This document shows positions 17,878 through 26,142 of a DNA stretch of 33,467 nucleotides, piece after piece (positions within the stretch are counted from its first letter, which is position 1; each line of letters begins with the position of its first letter). Source of the stretch: an uncultured Mediterraneibacter sp. (GTDB lineage Bacteria; Bacillota; Clostridia; Lachnospirales; Lachnospiraceae); contig CALWBC010000057.1 of assembly GCA_944375755.1 (NCBI GenBank), positions 1 to 33,467 of the forward strand. The letters are read 5' to 3'. Under the pieces are notes generated by a model that did not search any database, was not told the origin of the DNA, and saw only the letters and a program-made list of their open reading frames with translations. The position numbers and the translations under genes are program-made.

Positions 17878-18450
17878 CTACTCGCTCTCTCTTAAGATTC
17901 TCTGAACCTCAAGACGGGTTTCGCCGATTCCGATGATATCATCTCTTTGTATTACCACCGGACGGTCAATTCTCATTCCGTTCAGGAACGTTCCGTTTCT
18001 GGAGCCTTCATCTTTCAGGTAAAGCTTATCTCCCCTGTGCACAATCGCGCAGTGAATCTTCGAGACTCGGCCGTCCCCCATAACCGGAAGATATTTTTCA
18101 TACATGCTTCCGTCTTTACCGCGGCCGATTCCAACCGTCTCGTAAAATGTAAAGCTGTATTTGTCCCAGCTGTCGATATCTTCCAGAATAATTTTCCACT
18201 GCCGTCTCTTCTTTCTTCTCGGCCCGCGCTGAACCTGCTCCTGCTGCCGTCCCGTATTCCGGGACTGACGGCGCGCCTGCTGCATATCGTAGTCATCCTC
18301 GTCATACTCATAATCATCGTCACTGCGCCGCCGGCGGTTTCCCATCACTTTTGCGGCCATGGCTTTATTCTTCTTTATACTTTTAAAGGACACTGTCAGC
18401 ATACCCACACAGCCGGCAGCGAGCACAAACATCACGATCCAGTACCACAT
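17878..18450 (-). CDS. FHA domain-containing membrane protein
   Basis: N-terminal TM; FHA motifs 'IGRG', 'VSKIHC', 'SRNGTFLNG'; start MWYW at 18450 with AAAGGAG. Confidence 0.9.
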   Translation of the reverse strand: MWYWIVMFVLAAGCVGMLTVSFKSIKKNKAMAAKVMGNRRRRSDDDYEYDEDDYDMQQARRQSRNTGRQQEQVQRGPRRKKRRQWKIILEDIDSWDKYSFTFYETVGIGRGKDGSMYEKYLPVMGDGRVSKIHCAIVHRGDKLYLKDEGSRNGTFLNGMRIDRPVVIQRDDIIGIGETRLEVQRILRESE

Positions 18451-18622
18451 AATATTTTCACTCCTTTGAAATTTAATACTACTATAATTTTGTCCGCCGG
18501 GCAAGTATTATTGCCGGTTTTGTCGAATCATGCGGTAGTAAATCCGGATGATGTGTGTTAGAATATGCATAGTGCGGTCGCCCTGATATTATGGGCAGAC
18601 CATTACAGAAAAGGAGGCTTCC

Positions 18623-19855
18623 ATGAGTACTATCCGACCATTTAAAGGCATACGTCCTAAAGAAGAGCTGGCCGCATCCATCGCCGCACTTCCCTACGAC
18701 GTATACAGCAGCAGCGAAGCAAGAAAAATCGTGCAGGCCAATCCCCTGTCATTTCTGAAAATAGACCGGGCGGAAACCCTTCTTCCGGAAGGTACCGATA
18801 TCTATTCCCCGGAAGTATATAAGACGGCGCGCCGGACCCTGGATGAAATGATTCAAAACGGCTCGTTTGTACAGGATACGGAAGACTGTTACTATATATA
18901 TGCCCTTACCATGAACGGCAGGACGCAGACCGGACTCGTCGCCTGCGCTTCCATAGAGGATTATCTGAACAATGTAATTCTGAAACACGAGAACACGCTG
19001 GCAGCAAAAGAAGAAGACCGGATCCGCCACGTGGACGCCTGCAGCGCCCAGACAGGCCCGATCTTTCTCGCATACCGGCCTCACCAGGAGATCCGGAAGA
19101 TTCTCGATGGTGTAAAACAGGAGCAGCCGCTGTATGATTTCATCAGCGATGACCAGATCCGCCATCAGGTATGGATGATCTCAGACCGGGAATTAATCGG
19201 GAAAATTTCTCATTATTTCGCCGGAATTTCTCATCTTTACATCGCTGACGGCCACCACAGAGCCGCCTCCGCAGTCAGGGTGGGACAGCGCAGAAAAGCA
19301 CAGAATCCGGCTCACACAGGCAGGGAAGAGTACAATTTCTTCCTGTCTGTTCTCTTCCCGTCCGACGAGCTGAAGATCTTCGATTACAACCGGGTGGTTA
19401 CTGACAGGAACGGGTGTACATTTGACGCAATTCTTGATAAGATAAAGGGTGGATTTGAGATCACACAACTCCCGTCAGGCCCGTACCATCCCGCCCGCAA
19501 AGGAGAATTCGGCATGTATGCCGGGGGAAACTGGTACCGGCTTGTCAGCAGTATACCGGCCACAGGTGACCCTGTCACGGATCTTGACGTATCCGTTCTT
19601 CAGGATCACATTCTGGCACCTGTGTTCGGAATCAAAGACCCGAAAACCGATTCCCGGATCCGCTTCATCGGCGGCATCCGCGGCCTCCATATCCTGGAGG
19701 AAATCGCTGACAGTTCAAACGGGATTGCGTTTTCCATGTATCCCACGTCCATGGATGAACTTTTAAATGTAGCGGACGCCGGTATGCTCATGCCGCCCAA
19801 ATCCACATGGTTTGAGCCCAAGCTCCGGAGCGGCCTGTTCATTCACCGGTTTTAG
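18623..19855 (+). CDS. DUF1015 family protein
   Basis: 'IRPFKGIRP', 'ALPYDV', 'KHENT', 'YIADGHHR', 'MPPKSTWFEPKLRSGL'. Confidence 0.93.
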   Translation: MSTIRPFKGIRPKEELAASIAALPYDVYSSSEARKIVQANPLSFLKIDRAETLLPEGTDIYSPEVYKTARRTLDEMIQNGSFVQDTEDCYYIYALTMNGRTQTGLVACASIEDYLNNVILKHENTLAAKEEDRIRHVDACSAQTGPIFLAYRPHQEIRKILDGVKQEQPLYDFISDDQIRHQVWMISDRELIGKISHYFAGISHLYIADGHHRAASAVRVGQRRKAQNPAHTGREEYNFFLSVLFPSDELKIFDYNRVVTDRNGCTFDAILDKIKGGFEITQLPSGPYHPARKGEFGMYAGGNWYRLVSSIPATGDPVTDLDVSVLQDHILAPVFGIKDPKTDSRIRFIGGIRGLHILEEIADSSNGIAFSMYPTSMDELLNVADAGMLMPPKSTWFEPKLRSGLFIHRF

Positions 19856-19890
19856 TCCGGAAACATATTTCAAGAGGAGATGTAATAACA

Positions 19891-20754
19891 ATGGAAAGAA
19901 ATGACCTTTGCTGGTGCGGCAGCGGAAAAAAATATAAAAAATGCCACATGCCCATCGAAGAAAAAATGCTTCTGCATAAGGAAAAAGGCGAAATCGTCCC
20001 TTCCCGCAAACTTCTGAAAACACCTGCACAGATCGAAAAAATCAGAGAGAGCGCGAAACTCAACACAGCCGTACTCGATGAAGTGGCAAAACATATTCAC
20101 ATCGGAATGAGTACGGAAGAGATCGATCAGATCGTATATCGTTTTACAAAAGAACACGGCGGCATCCCTGCCCCCCTGAATTATCAGGGCTTCCCCAAAA
20201 GCGTATGCACCTCAATCAACAACGAGATCTGCCACGGAATCCCGGATAAAAATATCTACCTTAAGGAAGGAGATATTATCAATGTAGACGTATCCACCAT
20301 TCTGGACGGCTATTTTTCAGACGCCTCCCGTATGTTTAAAATGGGAAAAGTGTCCGAGCGCGCCGAACGTCTGGTACGGGTAACAGAAGAATGCGTGGAA
20401 CTCGGTCTTGCCGCGGCAAAACCGTGGGGACACCTGGGAGATATCGCTGACGCCATCAATACTCACGCAAAAGCCAACGGCTACTCCGTAGTGGAGGAAA
20501 TCGGCGGTCACGGCATCGGCCTTGCCTTCCACGAAGATCCGTTCGTAAGCTACGTAACACCAAAAGGCAGCGAAATGCTCCTTGTTCCGGGCATGATGTT
20601 CACCATCGAGCCCATGATCAACGAGGGAAGTCCTGACTTCTTCGTAGATGAAGATAACGACTGGACCGTATACACGATCGACGACGGACTCTCCGCTCAG
20701 ATCGAGTACATGGTGCTGGTCAAAGAAGATGGAATTGAAGTGCTGACGAAGTAA
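19891..20754 (+). CDS. map: Type I methionine aminopeptidase with N-terminal SEC-C motif
   Basis: 'RNDLCWCGSGKKYKKCH' SEC-C; 'CHGIP', 'INVDVS', 'GHGIG..FHEDP', 'FTIEPMIN'. Confidence 0.96.
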   Translation: MERNDLCWCGSGKKYKKCHMPIEEKMLLHKEKGEIVPSRKLLKTPAQIEKIRESAKLNTAVLDEVAKHIHIGMSTEEIDQIVYRFTKEHGGIPAPLNYQGFPKSVCTSINNEICHGIPDKNIYLKEGDIINVDVSTILDGYFSDASRMFKMGKVSERAERLVRVTEECVELGLAAAKPWGHLGDIADAINTHAKANGYSVVEEIGGHGIGLAFHEDPFVSYVTPKGSEMLLVPGMMFTIEPMINEGSPDFFVDEDNDWTVYTIDDGLSAQIEYMVLVKEDGIEVLTK

Positions 20755-20786
20755 TGCTGAGAAATCCATCTTTTATATGAGTATCC

Positions 20787-20972
20787 GTTTACAGAGCGGT
20801 ATCATAACGCAAAACCGTTCCGCTCTACCTCAAAAATTTGGTCGGATGTAACAAAAAAGCCAGATGTGCGTCAAATACGACGACTTCATCTGGCTTTTTT
20901 TAACATCCGGCTCAAATGTTTTTCGGAACGCCCTCACTTGATGTTTTGCTTATATGATACCGCTCTGTAAAC
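20787..20972. repeat. Structured non-coding repeat, copy A (candidate ncRNA or REP-like element)
   Basis: 20-bp perfect closing stem GTTTACAGAGCGGTATCATA / TATGATACCGCTCTGTAAAC; conserved arms at 20799-20831 and 20923-20960; 91-nt inner hairpin. Confidence 0.8.
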
Positions 20973-21111
20973 TGGGCTGCTCCAAATCAGAAAGCTGAAT
21001 TTTCAGCATCAGCATCCGGAAAAGCCCTCCTGTCGCAGCCGGACAAAAACTGCCTTCGGCAATCTTTTTTCAACTGCTGGAAAATCCGCTCTTTCCGACA
21101 GGAATAAACAA

Positions 21112-21293
21112 GTTTCCGGCACTGTATCATATAAGCAAAACATTAAGTGAGAGCGGTCCGAGAATCGTTGGTTCTGCCTGTTAGGCAAATCATATGGGAG
21201 TGCCTTTGCACGAGTATATGATTTGACGTTACAGGCATTCCAACAGTCGAGGTAGAGCGGAACGGTTTTGCGTTATGATACAGTGCCGGTAAC
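21112..21293. repeat. Structured non-coding repeat, copy B (inverted relative to A)
   Basis: 21249-21281 is the exact reverse complement of 20799-20831 (33/33); 21124-21161 matches 20923-20960 at 35/38; different but self-complementary outer stem and 87-nt inner hairpin. Confidence 0.8.
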
Positions 21294-21308
21294 GAATGAT
21301 AATCCCAG

Positions 21309-22172
21309 TCAGAAAGACGAACTGTTCAGCATGTACAGATACTTCTCGTAGTCAACACCCTCGTCTCTTGGCACACCGCTTCCCACGGAATCCCGGATCG
21401 CCCTCCCGATCATCTCTCCGGCGAGTTCTACGCTCTCTTCCAGCGCATCCCCTCTCGCCCGACCTCCCGCGATCACGGAAGCGAAAAGATCTCCGGTTCC
21501 AGAATAGCTGGCATCCACAAGCGGAAAAGATGAGAATACCGCCTTTTCTTTTGTGACCGCCAGATTTCCCATTTTTTTCTCCCCTGTGCTTTCATCTGTA
21601 ACACGGATTCCCGTGACTACCACTTCTCCGGTTCCTCCAGACATCATCTCTCCCGCCATCTGCTCCGCGATTTTCAGAATCTCACTTTCTTCCGTAATCT
21701 CCGCCGCCAGACGGCTGTCCGCTCCGGTCAGAAGACAGAGTTCTGTCAGATTGGGCGTCGCAATGTCTGCCCGGGCAGCCAGTTCCTTCATCTCTGACTG
21801 AAATTCGGAACTGAATATGTCGAATCTTGATCCGTTGTCTCCCATTACGGGATCTACAAGAAGAAATGTATCTTTTCCGTAAAATGCGTCAAGAAAACCG
21901 AGTATTTTTCCGATCTGTCTGTTTCCGGAGAGAAACCCGGTACAGATCCCGTCAAAACTGACATGCATCTTCTCCCACTCTTCACGGATCGCATCCATTT
22001 TATCCGTATAGTCATCATAAAAATAGCTCGGAAAACCGGTCTGCGCACTCAGAATCGCCGTGGGAAGGGGGCATGGCTGTACCCCCATCGAGGCAATGAC
22101 CGAAATCGCCGCGGTCAGAGAACATCTTCCGAATCCTGATAAATCATTGATTACTGCTATTTTCTTTGTCAT
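21309..22172 (-). CDS. pdxK: Pyridoxamine/pyridoxal kinase
   Basis: 'IAVINDLSGFGRCSL', 'LVDPVMGDNG', 'TPNLTE', 'GTGDLFAS'; start MTKK at 22172. Confidence 0.9.
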   Translation of the reverse strand: MTKKIAVINDLSGFGRCSLTAAISVIASMGVQPCPLPTAILSAQTGFPSYFYDDYTDKMDAIREEWEKMHVSFDGICTGFLSGNRQIGKILGFLDAFYGKDTFLLVDPVMGDNGSRFDIFSSEFQSEMKELAARADIATPNLTELCLLTGADSRLAAEITEESEILKIAEQMAGEMMSGGTGEVVVTGIRVTDESTGEKKMGNLAVTKEKAVFSSFPLVDASYSGTGDLFASVIAGGRARGDALEESVELAGEMIGRAIRDSVGSGVPRDEGVDYEKYLYMLNSSSF

Positions 22173-22254
22173 ATCCTTCTCCCGTAAATATCTGTCCATG
22201 TACTACTGGTTTAACCCTGATATCATAACACAGATCAAAATAGATGTATATTAC

Positions 22255-22297
22255 AAAACGGACGGATACCGCCGAAAGATCAGCTTTATCCGTCCGT
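22255..22297 (-). terminator. Terminator-like hairpin after the GH53 gene
   Basis: ACGGACGGATA / TATCCGTCCGT perfect 11-bp stem with a short U tract on the minus strand. Confidence 0.6.
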
Positions 22298-22351
22298 ATA
22301 AATCAGGTTTTTTCTTTTTTCTTTATTTGTGTACTGTTCGTATTTCCGCTT

Positions 22352-25300
22352 TTATCGCTCTCTTTTTCTCCCAAGACAGCAGACAGCTGCCGGAATGATC
22401 ACCGCAATACAGATTCCCATGCTCACAACCGGTATAAACAGCGAGATGCCGTCATCACCGGTTTCCGGAGTTTTCGCGTTTTTCCCTGCATTTCCTGCCG
22501 CTGCGCTGCCGGCTGCCCCGGCAGGCTGTCCCGATGTGGTCGTATTCTCAGAACCTGTCGGTTCTTCTGATGTAGCCGGATTCTTCGGATCTGTCGGCTC
22601 TTGCGATGTGATCGGATCCTTCGGATCTGTCGGCTCTTGCGGTGTGATCGGATCCTTCGGATCCGTCGGTTCTTCCGGTGTAATCGGATCCTTCGGATCT
22701 GTCGGTTCTTCCGGTGTGATCGGATCCTTCGGATCTGTCGGCTCCTCCGGTGTGGTCGGCTCTTTCTGATCGTCTGCCTTCTGCTTCACTTCTGCCGTCA
22801 CGCTGTCCTGTGCCGCAATAAAGATCTTCTGTGTTCCATCGATTGTTACGGCACCTTTTACGATATACGTAATTTCCGCCGTCCCGGCGCCTGCAGCCGT
22901 GACATTGCCATCCGCGTCAACCTGTACTACTTTTTCGTCACTGCTTGCATATACTCCCTGAAGGGTTACTCCGTCCGGAAGACTGCCTGATTCATATCCC
23001 GCTTCAAGAGCAGTGGTATCTCCCTCCGTCAGAGAGAGTTTCTCAGCCAGACCGTTAATATGAGGAACAACCTCTACCGTCTCTTCTGATCCGCACACGC
23101 AGCGATAAGTAACCGATGCCGCTTTATCCCCGGTCATATCCGCGGCTTCTGCTGCTGTTCTTACGCACGGTGTATCCTGCTGAAGTACAGTTCCGCAGTC
23201 TGCGCAGAGTGTATCATGGATTCCATCCCCCTGATCCGTATATGTGAGATTTTCATGAGCGCGAAGCACCATGTGATCCAGGCTTCCCCATCCGCCTGCA
23301 TTTATTCCGATATGCAGCGCCAGACGTACTTCCGTCGTATCATCAACATGGAAAGTCAGACTCTGAACCGGCCACTGTGCGCCTTCGCCGCCCTGGATCC
23401 ATCCGCCAAGCACGGAAGGTTCACCGGAGGCCAGGACATTCCCCTGACCATCCAGGATACTGAGAGCAACCGTATCTCCCGCATATCCCATGGATACCGT
23501 CTCCAGGGTATACCATCCTTCATTCAGTGGTTCCGGAAGCGTATATACAGCCTCCCCATCAGCCGCGTCCACACTGTACCAGTGCAGCGATGTGGTTCCT
23601 GAATATACATCACCTGCCGAGGTGGTCAGATCAAGCGGACCGCTCACTTCAAACGCGTCCAGGCTCTCAAATTCGGAAACCGCTTCATCGGTAATCAGAT
23701 TTTCCTCTTCTTTCCCCTGAACTGTCAGTGTGTAAACCACTTCCGTCTCTGTAAGCCCCGCATAGTTTCCGGCTGTCACTTCTTTTGAAAATGTAACCGT
23801 TCCGGTCACCTCATATTTCCCCGGTATCTCTGTGTTAATCTCGGCAAGATCCTCCTGGTTCCAGACAACCGGTTCATCCACCGCACCGTCGTTGTATACG
23901 ACCTGTACGGTTTCCGGCAGAGAATAAGTTTCTCCCTTTTCGACAGTTTCCTCCGGCGCGGCTATGCTGTTCACCGATGTCCGGTCAGATACGGCTCCTG
24001 TCCTTACATAATCCCATACATGAAGGCTTTCCGTTGGCGTTCCATCCGCGTAAAACATCGCCTGATTATCGACTGCTGATCCGCCGTACCATAATCCCGC
24101 GTCATCCGGATCATACTCCGCCGCATAGCTGGAAGCCCATCCGGAACCGTTTGCTTCCCAGAGCTGACTGTTCTTCGCAACCTGCGCATCATATTCCGCT
24201 CCGGTAAGACCGGTAGTATCTCCTACGGTGATCCATGCCGGTTCCCAGTAGTAAACGCCAAGTCCTCCTGCCTCATTTACCGCATTGATAATATTACGGA
24301 TACAGTCTGCCTGGCCCTGAACACTGAAGGGATACGCCATATTGGTATCATTCTGACCTTCACGCACCGTATTGCTATGGCCATCCGTATCCGCCAGCGT
24401 ATAGGCGTAGCTTGTTTCCGCAACCATCACATCTTTTCCATATGTTTCCCGCACTGCCTGGAACTGACTCTTCAGATTTTCAAGAGTTCCGTGCCAGTAC
24501 GGATAGTATGATGTGGCAAGGATATCATAATCCACCTGATTGTCTGAGAGACGCTTTGCCCAGTTAGTGAGCTGATTCTCTCTCTCCGGATTTGTAAAAT
24601 GAATCACAACCCGGATGGACGGATCATAGGCACGCACTGCTTCCGCTCCGGCATTAAACAGTGTGCACATATTCTCAGTGCTTCCGGATTCAACGAAATC
24701 ATTTGTCGTCTCATTTCCCACCTGCACCATGTCAATATCCGCGCCTGTTGCTCCAATCTTCCCAAGAGCGTCCGCCGTAAACGCTTTCACCGCGTCCGCC
24801 TTCTGCTCCAGACTATATCCCTGCCATGCTTTCGGAGCCTGCTGTTTCCCCGGGTCCGCCCAGAAATCAGAATAATGAAAATCCACCAGCATCTTCAGTC
24901 CTGCCGCGGAACATCCGCGGGCGATTTCAACCGCTGTATTTACATCATTGTCTCCTCCGCCGTATCCGTTCCCTTCGGAATCTCTCGGATCATTCCAGAC
25001 ACGGACACGAACATGTGTAATCCCGCAGTCTTCTTTAAGAAATTTGCAGAAATCCGTTATATTATCAATTGTATTTCCGTCAAAATCCTTATATGTAACC
25101 CCACTGTTAAACTCGGATATTACGGATGAAATATCAAGTCCCATGATAAAATCATCTGACAGATTATCCACTTTGTCCACATCAATGGCTCCTGTTACAG
25201 GCTCCGTATCATCGTCTCCGGATGGCTGTCCTTCCGTCACATCCAGAGTAACCGCCGTTCCCTCGTACAGTTTTGTTCCCGCAGCATCCTCAAGCGTCAC

Positions 25301-25711
25301 TGCGATATAGTACGTACCGGCGCTCGGAACTCTCACGTCAGCCGAAAGCGAAAGGCCGCTTCCCGCCTCAGGATTTACATCCTCTCCGTAATTTGAATAT
25401 TCCGCGTCTGAATTTCCATCCGTATGGTCGCCCCACACATCTGTCCACCACCAGAGTTTTAATCCGGCTTCTTCCAGATCCGCAACTGTATCTCCGTTTC
25501 CTTTTACTTCCGCCGTAAGGTGTACCGTACTTCCCGCTGCCGGCTGATTATCATCCGCCGTAACGACTACGGTGTAGCCCTCCTCCTGCGCGTCCTCTCC
25601 TCCTGCCGGTTCTTCCGCGCGCACAGTTGCGGCTGACATCGACAGAACCAGACAGATCGCTAGGAACAGCGCCGGAACCTTTTTCCGAAGACTCCTCATA
25701 ATGTTTTGCAT
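22352..25711 (-). CDS. Secreted, cell-wall-anchored GH53 endo-beta-1,4-galactanase with Ig-like accessory domains
   Basis: Signal peptide (..VRA-EE); GH53 motifs 'VRVRVWNDP', 'DFHYSDFWADPGKQ', 'QVGNE', 'VAETSY', 'YWEPAW'; Pro/Thr repeats; TPETGD followed by a TM and basic tail; start 25711 with AAAGGAG. Confidence 0.92.
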   Translation of the reverse strand: MQNIMRSLRKKVPALFLAICLVLSMSAATVRAEEPAGGEDAQEEGYTVVVTADDNQPAAGSTVHLTAEVKGNGDTVADLEEAGLKLWWWTDVWGDHTDGNSDAEYSNYGEDVNPEAGSGLSLSADVRVPSAGTYYIAVTLEDAAGTKLYEGTAVTLDVTEGQPSGDDDTEPVTGAIDVDKVDNLSDDFIMGLDISSVISEFNSGVTYKDFDGNTIDNITDFCKFLKEDCGITHVRVRVWNDPRDSEGNGYGGGDNDVNTAVEIARGCSAAGLKMLVDFHYSDFWADPGKQQAPKAWQGYSLEQKADAVKAFTADALGKIGATGADIDMVQVGNETTNDFVESGSTENMCTLFNAGAEAVRAYDPSIRVVIHFTNPERENQLTNWAKRLSDNQVDYDILATSYYPYWHGTLENLKSQFQAVRETYGKDVMVAETSYAYTLADTDGHSNTVREGQNDTNMAYPFSVQGQADCIRNIINAVNEAGGLGVYYWEPAWITVGDTTGLTGAEYDAQVAKNSQLWEANGSGWASSYAAEYDPDDAGLWYGGSAVDNQAMFYADGTPTESLHVWDYVRTGAVSDRTSVNSIAAPEETVEKGETYSLPETVQVVYNDGAVDEPVVWNQEDLAEINTEIPGKYEVTGTVTFSKEVTAGNYAGLTETEVVYTLTVQGKEEENLITDEAVSEFESLDAFEVSGPLDLTTSAGDVYSGTTSLHWYSVDAADGEAVYTLPEPLNEGWYTLETVSMGYAGDTVALSILDGQGNVLASGEPSVLGGWIQGGEGAQWPVQSLTFHVDDTTEVRLALHIGINAGGWGSLDHMVLRAHENLTYTDQGDGIHDTLCADCGTVLQQDTPCVRTAAEAADMTGDKAASVTYRCVCGSEETVEVVPHINGLAEKLSLTEGDTTALEAGYESGSLPDGVTLQGVYASSDEKVVQVDADGNVTAAGAGTAEITYIVKGAVTIDGTQKIFIAAQDSVTAEVKQKADDQKEPTTPEEPTDPKDPITPEEPTDPKDPITPEEPTDPKDPITPQEPTDPKDPITSQEPTDPKNPATSEEPTGSENTTTSGQPAGAAGSAAAGNAGKNAKTPETGDDGISLFIPVVSMGICIAVIIPAAVCCLGRKRER
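22533..22760 (-). repeat. 36-bp coding tandem repeat (EEPTDPKDPITP), about 6 units
   Basis: Repeating GGTGTGATCGGATCCTTCGGATCTGTCGG... units inside the GH53 stalk, degenerating towards the C-terminus; boundaries approximate. Confidence 0.9.
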
Positions 25712-25745
25712 GTCACTTCTCCTTTCCAATAAACCTCCGCTTAGA

Positions 25746-25804
25746 GCAAGCGGTTGCGCTTAATTATGCAAAACAAGTATACACCTCACGTGTATTTTCA
25801 TCAA
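25746..25804 (-). promoter_or_regulatory. GH53 promoter with a downstream LacI/CcpA-type operator
   Basis: TTGATG, 17 bp, TATACT (25804-25776); near-palindrome GCAAGCGGTTGC at 25746-25757. Confidence 0.6.
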
Positions 25805-26066
25805 ATAATTCCTTTTGTATTCTTACTTTTTCTACTTAATGCACAATTTTGTTTCGCTTTATTTGTGCAATAAGCACTTTATTTGCGCATTTTGCGCATT
25901 TTTATCTTCTATTACATGGATTTTCCCGATCGGATAGGATAAGATTCCTTCCCCGATCCGATCACCGCGATACCTCACTCATCTCGCGGCATTGCCGCTC
26001 GATGACCGTTGCCCGGAGGATACCCGCTCGTGCAGGCACAGCGGTTGTCCTCCGGACGTATCGCAC

Positions 26067-26099
26067 AAAAAAAGAATCCTGCATCGCAGGATTCGCTTT
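26067..26099 (-). terminator. Intrinsic terminator after the GH13 gene
   Basis: Minus strand GAAUCCUGC-GAU-GCAGGAUUC-UUUUUUU. Confidence 0.8.
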
Positions 26100-26142
26100 C
26101 ACCGCATCGCCCTCTCCCGGGCGTCCGGCACGTCTGTTATTC

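Noticed and set aside
20787-21293. Elements A/B as integron attC sites, CRISPR repeats or a hammerhead ribozyme
   Set aside because: Ends read GTT...AAC, opposite to the attC RYYYAAC...GTTRRRY order; no integrase or cassette array; only two inverted copies; no CUGANGA core
22533-22760. 36-bp periodic repeats as a CRISPR array
   Set aside because: Units abut with no unique spacers, are in-frame coding sequence of the GH53 stalk, and no cas genes are present
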